Below, piece after piece: positions 30,116 through 38,133 of a stretch of 40,520 bases of DNA; within the stretch, counting starts at the first letter, position 1; every line of letters begins with the position of its first letter. The notes under the pieces are model-generated. The model ran no database searches and was not told where the DNA came from. It worked only from the letters and a program-made list of their open reading frames with translations. Origin of the DNA: an uncultured Ignavibacteriales bacterium (lineage in GTDB: Bacteria; Zixibacteria; MSB-5A5; GN15; JAAZOE01); assembly GCA_964526635.1 (NCBI GenBank), contig CAZGLR010000014.1:1-40520 (forward strand). Reading direction: 5' to 3'. The position numbers and the translations under genes are program-made.

Positions 30116-31738
30116 TTACCCTGTCTTCTCTTCGGAGGTTGCGTCTAAGGCATTGGCCATCATATCCTCGGTCTTGATCCCGGCTTTTTTCAGGAGGTCA
30201 CCGACATCTATTCCGGCGGCTTTGGCCTGCTCCAGAAACTGGAACAGCATGGTTGGTCCGATTTTCGAAAAACGGTTCAAAGCGCTGTCATCTTTGCCGT
30301 TACCGCCGCTATCGACGACCACCAGTTTATCGATATTACCCATTGGAGCGGCAATCGATCCAAACACCGACCCGAGAGCCTGTATGGCTTGCGGCAGGAC
30401 TTTTAGAACTTCAAGTGTCAAAGCCGCTTCATTGAATTGCTGATAGGCTTTGGCGAGTTCGTTAATGGAGACAGCTTTGGCCAGTCCCTGTTTTTCAATG
30501 ACGTCGGCCTCTGCCAGACCCTTGCTCTGGGTGATTTCGGCTTCAGCCAAACCGGTGGCCTTTGTCGCAGCCGCCATACCTTCACCTTCAGCCTTGCGTT
30601 TATGCTGTTCAGCATCGGCCCGGGCGATAGTGGCGTATTTGTCGCCTTCGGCTTTTGCCTGCTGGGCTACCCGATAGCCCTCGGCTTCCTTGACACTGGC
30701 ATCAGCCTTGGCTTTGGCGGGTACCACGATCACCGCTTCCTGCGATTTTTGTTCTCGCAGAATGTTTTGCTCTTCTACTTCGATCTGGGCACGTGAACGT
30801 TCTTCCTCGATTTTAACCTCGGCAATGATGACCTTTTGCTTCTGCTCGGCGGTTGAGAGGGGACCGGCCTGATCGGTGACGGCCGTTTCGCGGGCAATCT
30901 CCGCCTGGTATATCTGCTTGGCAACCTGGGTGTTTTTTTGCGCTTCAGCCTCGAGCCGTTCATTTTCCTGGGCAACCACTTCGGCTGCCCGTTCGGCATC
31001 GGTGGCCCGCTTTTTGGCTTCAGCCAGTGCCTCGGCCTCGCCGATTGCGGCATCACGCTTGACTTCGGCAGTACGCTTTTTACCAAGGGCTTCGATATAG
31101 CCCAACTCGTCAGTAATAGACTGCGGGTTGAACACGTCTATCTGCATACCGAGTCGGGACAAATCTTCACCGGCTTCGCCCAGTACTTTCTGCCGAAAGG
31201 CGTCACGGTCTTTGATCAACTGATCGACTGTCAGGGTTCCGACCACACCGCGTAAGTTGGATTCAAGTGTTTCCCGTGCGACACTTTGTACATTTTCGTG
31301 TGACATGCCGAGGAACCGGGCTCCGGCCGCCAACAGGGATTGCGCGTCATCCTTGAAACGGATATTGGCCACCGCCTCCACCGTGACCAGCACGCCATCT
31401 ATATTAGGCATATTTTTGACAAAAATCTGAGGCAGTGAAATTTCGGTCAGATCAAGGAATTCGACCGCTTCAATAATCGGTTTGCGAATGCGGCCGCCAC
31501 CGGTAACGACCACTGTCCCGGGAGGGAGAACCGTAACGGTGGCCTCATCCGGACCTCCGATTTTTGCAATTTTCTGAATCCCCTTTTTGCCGCTTTTGGC
31601 GCCATAGAAAAAGGCCGCCTTATTCGGAGGGACCCGAACGTAATAGGCTGCCAACGCTTTGACCAATACAAAAAGTGCAATTATTGCGGCCAACCCAATC
31701 GCCGGCCAAATTAAAGTCCCAATTATTTCTTCAGACAT
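30116..31738 (-). CDS. Flotillin-family SPFH/band-7 protein (FloT/YuaG-like)
   Basis: N-terminal TM helix; SPFH domain then long Ala/Glu/Lys/Gln-rich coiled-coil (EA repeats) typical of flotillins; RBS GGAGGG. Confidence 0.85.
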   Translation of the reverse strand: MSEEIIGTLIWPAIGLAAIIALFVLVKALAAYYVRVPPNKAAFFYGAKSGKKGIQKIAKIGGPDEATVTVLPPGTVVVTGGGRIRKPIIEAVEFLDLTEISLPQIFVKNMPNIDGVLVTVEAVANIRFKDDAQSLLAAGARFLGMSHENVQSVARETLESNLRGVVGTLTVDQLIKDRDAFRQKVLGEAGEDLSRLGMQIDVFNPQSITDELGYIEALGKKRTAEVKRDAAIGEAEALAEAKKRATDAERAAEVVAQENERLEAEAQKNTQVAKQIYQAEIARETAVTDQAGPLSTAEQKQKVIIAEVKIEEERSRAQIEVEEQNILREQKSQEAVIVVPAKAKADASVKEAEGYRVAQQAKAEGDKYATIARADAEQHKRKAEGEGMAAATKATGLAEAEITQSKGLAEADVIEKQGLAKAVSINELAKAYQQFNEAALTLEVLKVLPQAIQALGSVFGSIAAPMGNIDKLVVVDSGGNGKDDSALNRFSKIGPTMLFQFLEQAKAAGIDVGDLLKKAGIKTEDMMANALDATSEEKTG

Positions 31739-31762
31739 GATATTCCCTCCGTTGTACTATTT

Positions 31763-32278
31763 TCATTGAATCTTTTCGACTGTGACTATGTTTCCGGTTT
31801 TACCGACAATTTTGACCACCGCACCCTTGTTGATTGACTCGCCGCTACTCGATCGCGCCAGAAAAGTAAATTCTCTGCCACGGACAATGCAGGAGACCTG
31901 CCCCGTCGCGCCATTATCGATCATATCGATTAAATTTGCTGTTTGGCCAATAATATCTGAATCACCAATAGTTGAACTTGCCTGGCTGCCGTAAAACATG
32001 CGCAGTATAAAGTACCCCATAGTGCAAAGGACTAATGCTCCCGCGACTCCGGTCAGGGAGGATTGAAGCATGCTAAAATCGGTTGTGGCTCGAATCCCAA
32101 ACCCGGTGCCACCGAAGCCGACCATTAGCAGCGCAAACATCTTAACGCTGAAGATGCTGGGACCATGACCAACATCGGCGTCAACGTCGACATCAAAATC
32201 GGCATCGGCATCGCCGAAAACAAGGCTGATAAGGAGAATGATAAAACCCAGGCCGAATATTAGCGCAAAGATAAGCAT
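31763..32278 (-). CDS. NfeD-family membrane protein (YuaF-like, C-terminal OB-fold)
   Basis: ATG 32278 with GGGGAGGA RBS; two TM segments then a soluble beta-rich C-terminus; immediately upstream of flotillin as in nfeD-floT operons. Confidence 0.7.
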   Translation of the reverse strand: MLIFALIFGLGFIILLISLVFGDADADFDVDVDADVGHGPSIFSVKMFALLMVGFGGTGFGIRATTDFSMLQSSLTGVAGALVLCTMGYFILRMFYGSQASSTIGDSDIIGQTANLIDMIDNGATGQVSCIVRGREFTFLARSSSGESINKGAVVKIVGKTGNIVTVEKIQ

Positions 32279-32660
32279 TGTATCCTCCCCGATTCTTATT
32301 CTGAATTGATATACTGTGGATATAGCGAAAAATTCAATTTTTTGCGACAATAATATAACAACCGATATCGGGGGGCGGCGATTTTTTCATTTCCCCCGGC
32401 AACATCGCCTTACCGTAATCCTGATCAGAATATTTTCATGGTCGTTTTTGTCAGGCTATGTCGATAGTTACTTGTCACCGGCCCGGGGCTTGGGGCCGAT
32501 AGGAAAATAAAGATCGGCACTAAAGTCAGCTCTTTTGAGTAATGCCCAATCTGTTTTGCAAAATTTCTTCTTTTGTAGATAGATTAATTACCGTCTATAA
32601 AATTTGATTTATATAAAGGAGATAATTGCTAATTGAGGCATTGGTTTATATACTGTCCTT

Positions 32661-33992
32661 GTGGATACTGAGTTCAACAGCACGACCGAGATTATTCTTA
32701 ACAGTATTGCCGATGGCGTCTTCACCGTCGACAATCAATGGCGCATCCGGTCATTCAATCGGGCCGCCGAAATCATCACCGGTATAAGTCGGGAAGAGGC
32801 TGTCGGGAGGCGTTGTTGTGACATCTTCCGGGCATCGATCTGCGAAAGCTCCTGCGCCCTGCGCCAGACCATGACTACCGGGACCAACATCCTCAACAAA
32901 ATCGTCTATATCATCAACAGCGATGGTGACCAGATACCGGTCAGTATCTCGACGGCGCTGCTCAAGGATAACGACGGCCGCGTGATTGGCGGGGTCGAGA
33001 CCTTCCGCAATCTCAGTGATATCGAACGACTGCGCCGTCAGCTCGAAAAACAATACACGTTCCAGGACATAATCAGCAAACATCCCCGTATGCTCGAGCT
33101 GTTTGATCTGCTCCCGGGGATCGCGGAAAGCGACAGCAGTGTGGTGATCCAGGGCGCCAGCGGCACCGGAAAGGAACTTGTCGCCAGGGCTATCCATGAT
33201 CTCTCGCGCCGCCGCAAAGGGCCGTTTATCGCCATTAATTGCGGGGCGCTGCCCGATACCCTGCTTGAGGCCGAGCTTTTTGGCTATAAAAAGGGCGCAT
33301 TCACCGACGCCCGCACCGACAAACCCGGGCGATTTGCCCAGGCCGAGAAGGGGACGTTGTTTCTCGATGAAATCAGCGATATCTCGCCAGCCATGCAATC
33401 GCGCCTTTTGCGCGTCCTCGAGAATAAAACATATGAACCGCTCGGGGCAACCGCCAGCGAAACAGCTAATGTGCGCATTATCGCCGCAACCAATAAACCG
33501 CTGTCCAAACTGATCGCCTCCGGCACCTTCCGGGAAGATCTGTTTTATCGCATTAATGTCATGGAAATCAGCCTGCCTCCGCTCAAAGAGCGGCGCGGGG
33601 ATATTCCCCTGCTGGTGAGCCATTTTGTAAACCATTTCAATACCATGACCGCCAAAAATATAAATGATATTTCCCCGGCCGCCCTGGAAACCCTGATGAA
33701 TCATGATTACCCCGGCAATATCCGGGAATTACAGAATATTATTGAACATGCCTTTGTCGTAAACCGAAAAGGCATTATCGAAACCGCCGACTTGCCCGGC
33801 CATCTTTTGCCGGAAAAAAAACTGCATTCTTCCGAGCCTCAAACGCTTGATGAACTCGAAGCAAAACTCATCAGCAATGTCCTTCGTCGCAATGATTGGA
33901 ATCGGGCCCGGGCCGCGGCCGAACTGGGTATTCATCCCACGACGTTATGGCGTAAGATCAAAAAACTCGGGATCACAACCCCCAATTCATAG
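32661..33992 (+). CDS. Sigma-54-dependent transcriptional activator with N-terminal PAS sensor domain and C-terminal Fis-type HTH
   Basis: AAA+ sigma54-interaction motifs GASGTGKELVARAIH, GAFTDA (GAFTGA variant), ELFGY; C-terminal NRARAAAELGIHPTTLWRKIKKLGI; no receiver domain. Confidence 0.85.
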   Translation: MDTEFNSTTEIILNSIADGVFTVDNQWRIRSFNRAAEIITGISREEAVGRRCCDIFRASICESSCALRQTMTTGTNILNKIVYIINSDGDQIPVSISTALLKDNDGRVIGGVETFRNLSDIERLRRQLEKQYTFQDIISKHPRMLELFDLLPGIAESDSSVVIQGASGTGKELVARAIHDLSRRRKGPFIAINCGALPDTLLEAELFGYKKGAFTDARTDKPGRFAQAEKGTLFLDEISDISPAMQSRLLRVLENKTYEPLGATASETANVRIIAATNKPLSKLIASGTFREDLFYRINVMEISLPPLKERRGDIPLLVSHFVNHFNTMTAKNINDISPAALETLMNHDYPGNIRELQNIIEHAFVVNRKGIIETADLPGHLLPEKKLHSSEPQTLDELEAKLISNVLRRNDWNRARAAAELGIHPTTLWRKIKKLGITTPNS

Positions 33993-34139
33993 CATTGCAT
34001 TACCGCAATTGTAGTTTCTTGAAATATTGCAAATATGCAATATTTTTAGTGCGTTCATGCGAAGTCGATTAATCGATGAACATTTTAATCAATTGTACCA
34101 CAATAATATATTGTTTTCTTGTTTGTGTTTTGCTTATGT

Positions 34140-34155
34140 CGGCAAGCCTTTTGCT
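34140..34155 (+). promoter_or_regulatory. Putative sigma-54 (-24/-12) promoter cGGCAAgccttTTGCT
   Basis: GG and GC correctly spaced versus consensus TGGCAC-N5-TTGC; immediately upstream of the NifX-like operon and downstream of a sigma-54 activator gene; leader to ATG 34172 is unusually short. Confidence 0.4.
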
Positions 34156-34171
34156 TTTATGTTACAACGTT

Positions 34172-34582
34172 ATGGAAAGGGTTGCAATTCCGCTATATAA
34201 TGGACGGGTATCGCCGGTCTTCGATACCGCCACACAGGTTCTGGTCGCTGCCTGTGGCGCTCGCCAGTATTACATCGAAAAGACACTGAGTCTCAAGACA
34301 TCAGATCCGGCCCAACGGTGCCGTTGTCTTGCCGAAAACGGCATCACGGTCATTCTTTGCGGTGGGATATCCCGGCGATTTCTGGCCTATTTACGGAAGT
34401 ACAATATTGTTGTTCATTCTTTTTTAAGCGGGCCGATACCGCAGATCCTGAGAACGTATGTTCGTGATTTTGAACATCTCCAGGATCATCGCCAAATCAG
34501 GCAACGTCCACAGCATCATCGCCGGCGACGAACGGGACATCGGATGCAGCCGCCATCTCAGAAAAAAATGGAGTCGAAATGA
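34172..34582 (+). CDS. NifX/NifB-C-like (dinitrogenase FeMo-cofactor-binding family) domain protein 1
   Basis: MERVAIPLYNGRVSPVFDTATQVLV...ENGITVILCGGIS matches the Nitro_FeMo-Co family pattern; Arg/His-rich tail may indicate an uncertain 3-prime end or a frameshift. Confidence 0.55.
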   Translation: MERVAIPLYNGRVSPVFDTATQVLVAACGARQYYIEKTLSLKTSDPAQRCRCLAENGITVILCGGISRRFLAYLRKYNIVVHSFLSGPIPQILRTYVRDFEHLQDHRQIRQRPQHHRRRRTGHRMQPPSQKKMESK

Positions 34583-34944
34583 AAATTGCTGTTTCAGCTC
34601 AACAGGATTCATTGTCCAGTCCGGTCGATCCGCGGTTTGGCCGGGCCCCGTTTTTCATCATTTATGATACCGACACCGATTCGCACGAAATTATCTCGAA
34701 TGCGGAAAATGTAACGGCCGGGCAGGGTGCCGGCATCCAGGCGGTCCAATTGGTGGCGGGTCATAATGTTGAAATGGTCATTTCCGGCCGCGTCGGTCCC
34801 AAGGCATTCGTGGCGCTTGGCACCGCCGGCATCAGGGTTGCCTCATGGCAGCAGGGCACGGTTTCCGAGGCTATCGATCTGGCCCGGGATAACCGACTTG
34901 AATTTATCAACCAGGCCAATGCCGCGGCTCATTGGCAGCAATAA
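34579..34944 (+). CDS. NifX/NifB-C-like domain protein 2
   Basis: MKIAVSAQQDSLSSPVDPRFGRAPFFIIYDTDT...QLVAGHNVEMVISGRVGPKA family pattern; RBS tggag; 4-nt overlap with the upstream ORF. Confidence 0.7.
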   Translation: MKIAVSAQQDSLSSPVDPRFGRAPFFIIYDTDTDSHEIISNAENVTAGQGAGIQAVQLVAGHNVEMVISGRVGPKAFVALGTAGIRVASWQQGTVSEAIDLARDNRLEFINQANAAAHWQQ

Positions 34945-34969
34945 GCTATATACGGGAGGTGAGTACCAC

Positions 34970-35251
34970 GTGACACCTGACAGCACCAGAGGCGGCCGAC
35001 GATTTCGACTGCGCGGGAATAAGGCGGTGCGCAACAGCGGACTGACTCTTCTGGCTACGTCAATTGTATCGGCCATTACCTACGATCTCAAACAGCCGGA
35101 CAGTATCGTACGCGGCCTGATTGGATCCGGGTATCGCGCGCTTAAATCGCTGGCTGCCCCTCGCCGGGGTCAGGATGTTTCTGATCTGGTGGACGTTACC
35201 GACGTTGCCCCGGCTGAAATTATTGAAGATGAATCGAAGCGAAAGGAGTAA
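34970..35251 (+). CDS. Small hypothetical protein (GTG start, about 93 aa)
   Basis: Fills a 310-nt gap inside the operon; GGGAGGTGA RBS 9 nt before GTG 34970; acidic C-terminus; no family recognised. Confidence 0.3.
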   Translation: MTPDSTRGGRRFRLRGNKAVRNSGLTLLATSIVSAITYDLKQPDSIVRGLIGSGYRALKSLAAPRRGQDVSDLVDVTDVAPAEIIEDESKRKE

Positions 35252-35255
35252 CACC

Positions 35256-35615
35256 ATGCCAGGAGGAGATCGTACCGGACCATTGGGTGCCGGACCATTA
35301 ACCGGTCGAGGCGCCGGCTTTTGCCGTGGCGCCGGGCAACCGGGTTTTTATACTCGCGGTGGTCGCGGCCGGGGTGTCAACCGTCCTTTCGGCGGTCGTG
35401 GTGGTCGCCGGCGCGGCGATTTCTACTATCAACCTGATGCCGTCGGATGGACCCGCGGCAGTGGCGAACCGATTATGGCGGCGGCAGACGCGGCGTATCA
35501 GGACGAAAATACCGGTCTGCAGCAGCAAATTGACAATTTGACCAAAACGGTCGAAGCACTCGGCAGCCGGGTAAAGCAATTGCTGCGGAAGGACACCAAA
35601 GATGATGCAAAGTAA
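35256..35615 (+). CDS. DUF5320-like Gly/Arg-rich protein with C-terminal coiled coil
   Basis: AAAGGAG RBS; N-terminus MPGGDRTGPLGAGPLTGRGAGFCRGAGQPGFYTRGGRGRG resembles the MPRGDGTGPxGxGPxTGRG signature of DUF5320 proteins that accompany MinD-ferredoxin/NifX-like clusters; C-terminal helix QQQIDNLTKTVEALGSRVKQLL. Confidence 0.6.
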   Translation: MPGGDRTGPLGAGPLTGRGAGFCRGAGQPGFYTRGGRGRGVNRPFGGRGGRRRGDFYYQPDAVGWTRGSGEPIMAAADAAYQDENTGLQQQIDNLTKTVEALGSRVKQLLRKDTKDDAK

Positions 35616-35853
35616 AGGACGCGGCGGCGGCCAGGGACAGGGCGGTGGTCGCGGTCAGGGACAGGGCGGTGGTCGCGGCCAGGGCCAGGGACGTGGTCAG
35701 GGTCAGGGACGCGGCGGCGGGCCGAATATGCAGCGCGGACCCGGGGGTGAGTGTATCTGCAATAACTGCGGTGCGATCGTCCCGCATGAACCCGGTGTTC
35801 CCTGCATGGATCAGACCTGCCCGAAATGCGGCGGGACGATGGTAAGGAAGTAA
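35602..35853 (+). CDS. Gly/Arg/Gln-rich low-complexity protein with C-terminal 4-Cys zinc ribbon
   Basis: Overlaps the upstream stop by 14 nt; GRGQGQGGGRGQGQGGGRGQGQGRGQGQGRGGG then CICNNCGAIVPHEPGVPCMDQTCPKCGG. Confidence 0.55.
   Translation: MMQSKGRGGGQGQGGGRGQGQGGGRGQGQGRGQGQGRGGGPNMQRGPGGECICNNCGAIVPHEPGVPCMDQTCPKCGGTMVRK
35632..35720 (+). repeat. Imperfect tandem DNA repeat (about 24-nt unit ggacagggcggtggtcgcggtcag, about 3.5 copies) encoding (GRGQGQGG)n
   Basis: Read directly from the sequence. Confidence 0.8.
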
Positions 35854-35867
35854 CGCGGAACGACTGC

Positions 35868-36716
35868 ATGAGAATAGCCTTTGCCAGTGGAAAGGGTGGT
35901 ACCGGTAAGACAACGCTGGCCACCAATTTGACAGCATGGCTCGCTGATCAGGGCGAGACAGTTTGCTATGCCGACTGCGATGTGGAAGAACCTAACGGGC
36001 ATATTTTTCTCAAACCGGAGATTGAGGACACCATTGACGTGACTGTCCCGATTCCGGTAATAGACGCAGAGGCCTGTGATGCCTGCGGCGAATGTGTGAC
36101 GCATTGTCAGTTCAATGCCATAGCTCTTTTGGGCAAAACTGTCGCAGTTTTCCCAACACTCTGCCACAGTTGCGGGGTGTGCAGTGCCATCTGTCCTCAG
36201 CAGGCGATTACTGAATCATCCCGGTCGCTTGGCACGATTACTATCGGTCGCGGCCGTGGCGCTGGTGTGTATACCGGGCGTCTGACGGTTGGCGAAGCGC
36301 TGGCCCCGCCGGTCAGCAGAGCGCTGAAAAGCCTGTTACCCGATGACGGCACCATAATTATCGATGCTCCGCCGGGCACGTCCTGTCCCGTGATTGAAGC
36401 GGTAACCGGATGTGACTATCTGGTATTGGTAACCGAACCGACACCGTGCGGCCTCCATGATCTCTGTCTGGCCCTTGAGATGGCGGGAAAGCTCCATCTG
36501 CCCTGTGGTGTCGTGATAAATAATGACGATGGCGACCCCGATACGGAAGTCGCGATCGCCTCCAGGGGCGCAGAAATTCTACAGACTATCGCATATCAGC
36601 CGCATCTGGCCCGAAAGTATTCCGAGGGACACATGTTGATCGATGCTGATCCGGGCTATGCCTGGAAGATGAAACATCTCTATGGCAAAATAACACGGGC
36701 GGTGGCGCATGGCTGA
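35868..36716 (+). CDS. MinD/ParA-superfamily P-loop ATPase with inserted 2x[4Fe-4S] ferredoxin domain (COG1149-type)
   Basis: Deviant Walker A SGKGGTGKTT; CDACGECVTHCQFNAI and CHSCGVCSAICPQQAI CxxCxxCxxxCP clusters. Confidence 0.85.
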   Translation: MRIAFASGKGGTGKTTLATNLTAWLADQGETVCYADCDVEEPNGHIFLKPEIEDTIDVTVPIPVIDAEACDACGECVTHCQFNAIALLGKTVAVFPTLCHSCGVCSAICPQQAITESSRSLGTITIGRGRGAGVYTGRLTVGEALAPPVSRALKSLLPDDGTIIIDAPPGTSCPVIEAVTGCDYLVLVTEPTPCGLHDLCLALEMAGKLHLPCGVVINNDDGDPDTEVAIASRGAEILQTIAYQPHLARKYSEGHMLIDADPGYAWKMKHLYGKITRAVAHG

Positions 36717-37635
36717 GATGGTCTTTATCAGTGGCAAAGGGGGGACCGGGAAGACCACTGTGTGTGCCAGTCTGGGGCATCTTCCTGAATCCTGTGTGCT
36801 GACAGACTGCGATGTGGATGCAGCCAATTTGCATCTGCTGGTCAACTACAACACCAAAGAAACACATGATTTTTCCACCAGTGCGGTGGCGTCGATCGAT
36901 CAGACTGCCTGCGATTCCTGCGGGCTGTGTTTTGATTTGTGTCGTTTTTCGGCCATCAGCCGTACCTATAAATCCGATGTACCGGGAAAATATGAATACC
37001 GCGTGGAGCCGCTTGCCTGTGAGGGCTGCGGTATGTGCCGTTACATGTGCCCGCAAAAGGCGGTTGAACTGAAACCGGTACGCAGCGGCCAGTGGTTTAT
37101 CTCCGAAACCGAGCGCGGGCCGTTTTATCATGGCCGCCTTGATATCGCTCAGTCCAATTCCGGCCGCCTGGTTTCTCTGCTGCGCAAAAAGGCACAGGAA
37201 GCCGCGCGCGTCTCGAACATCCCGCTGCTGCTCACCGATGGTCCTCCGGGGATTGGCTGCCCCGTAATTGCATCAATAACCGGCGCCGACCTGGTCGTGG
37301 CTGTTTCGGAACCATCGCGCTCGGCCTTTCATGATCTGCAACGGATTGTTGAGTTGACGACATTTTTCTCGCTCCCGGCGGTCGTGTGTATTAACAAATA
37401 CGATATCAATCCAGAAATCTCCCGTCACATCGAGGAATTCGCGCAGGAACATCATCTGCCGGTTGTAGCCAGGTTGCGCGTTGACCGGGCAGTGATCGAC
37501 GCCCAGCGAACCGGGCGACCGTATCTCGATGTTGCGATCGACTATAACCGTCGCGAATTGATTAAAATGTGGAATACAGTAATTGATCGATTGCCTGACC
37601 TCAATGGCACCAGGCAACGGCGTTTTGCCGTCTGA
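36709..37635 (+). CDS. Second MinD/ParA-type ATPase with inserted 2x[4Fe-4S] ferredoxin domain
   Basis: SGKGGTGKTT; CDSCGLCFDLCRFSAI and CEGCGMCRYMCPQKAV; 8-nt overlap with the upstream paralog. Confidence 0.85.
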   Translation: MAEMVFISGKGGTGKTTVCASLGHLPESCVLTDCDVDAANLHLLVNYNTKETHDFSTSAVASIDQTACDSCGLCFDLCRFSAISRTYKSDVPGKYEYRVEPLACEGCGMCRYMCPQKAVELKPVRSGQWFISETERGPFYHGRLDIAQSNSGRLVSLLRKKAQEAARVSNIPLLLTDGPPGIGCPVIASITGADLVVAVSEPSRSAFHDLQRIVELTTFFSLPAVVCINKYDINPEISRHIEEFAQEHHLPVVARLRVDRAVIDAQRTGRPYLDVAIDYNRRELIKMWNTVIDRLPDLNGTRQRRFAV

Positions 37636-37664
37636 TGAAAATGAATGAAATGGAGAAGACAACA

Positions 37665-38048
37665 ATGAAAATAGCCATCCCTACCGAAAACGGCCGGCTG
37701 TGCGCCCATTTCGGACACAGCCCGCAGTTTACCCTGGTCGATGTCAACGCTGATACCGGCCTGATAGAAAACAGGTCAACGATGACTCCACCGCCGCATG
37801 ACCGTGGTGTCCTCCCGGCCTGGCTGCGCGAGCTCGGGTGCACGCACATCATTGCCGGTGGTATGGGCGGTCGGGCGCTGACGCTTTTTGCCCAGCAGGG
37901 CATCGAAGTAGTGTGTGGGGTCGGTGAGTCGGATATTGACGACATTATCGCAGCTTTTTTTGCCGGCACGCTGGCGACTGATAACAATCCCTGCAGTGAT
38001 CCCTCGTTTCATGCGGGGGGGCATACTGATTGCGAGCATCGTCATTAG
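37665..38048 (+). CDS. NifX/NifB-C-like domain protein 3 with Cys/His-rich C-terminal extension
   Basis: MKIAIPTENGRLCAHFGHSPQFTLVDV...HIIAGGMGGRALTLFAQQGIEVV; tail NPCSDPSFHAGGHTDCEHRH; RBS ggagaag. Confidence 0.7.
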   Translation: MKIAIPTENGRLCAHFGHSPQFTLVDVNADTGLIENRSTMTPPPHDRGVLPAWLRELGCTHIIAGGMGGRALTLFAQQGIEVVCGVGESDIDDIIAAFFAGTLATDNNPCSDPSFHAGGHTDCEHRH

Positions 38049-38133
38049 ATGCCGCCGGTTGATGAACAAATAGTGACACTTACAACCTGTGCCGGTCTTT
38101 ATGGTCGGCGTAAGGAATAGATGGAAAGCAACT

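Noticed and set aside
32751-33704. 317-aa antisense ORF inside the sigma-54 activator gene
   Set aside because: The plus-strand frame contains the GAFTGA-type, Walker and HTH motifs
34727-34969. Upstream part of the 174-aa ORF overlapping the second NifX-like gene
   Set aside because: Overlaps a well-supported CDS out of frame; only the portion after GTG 34970 lies in a gene-free gap and is kept as a low-confidence small CDS
35473-35937. Antisense ORFs of 142-154 aa over the Gly/Arg repeat region
   Set aside because: Generated by the GC-rich tandem repeat; the forward frame has RBS-coupled starts and a zinc ribbon
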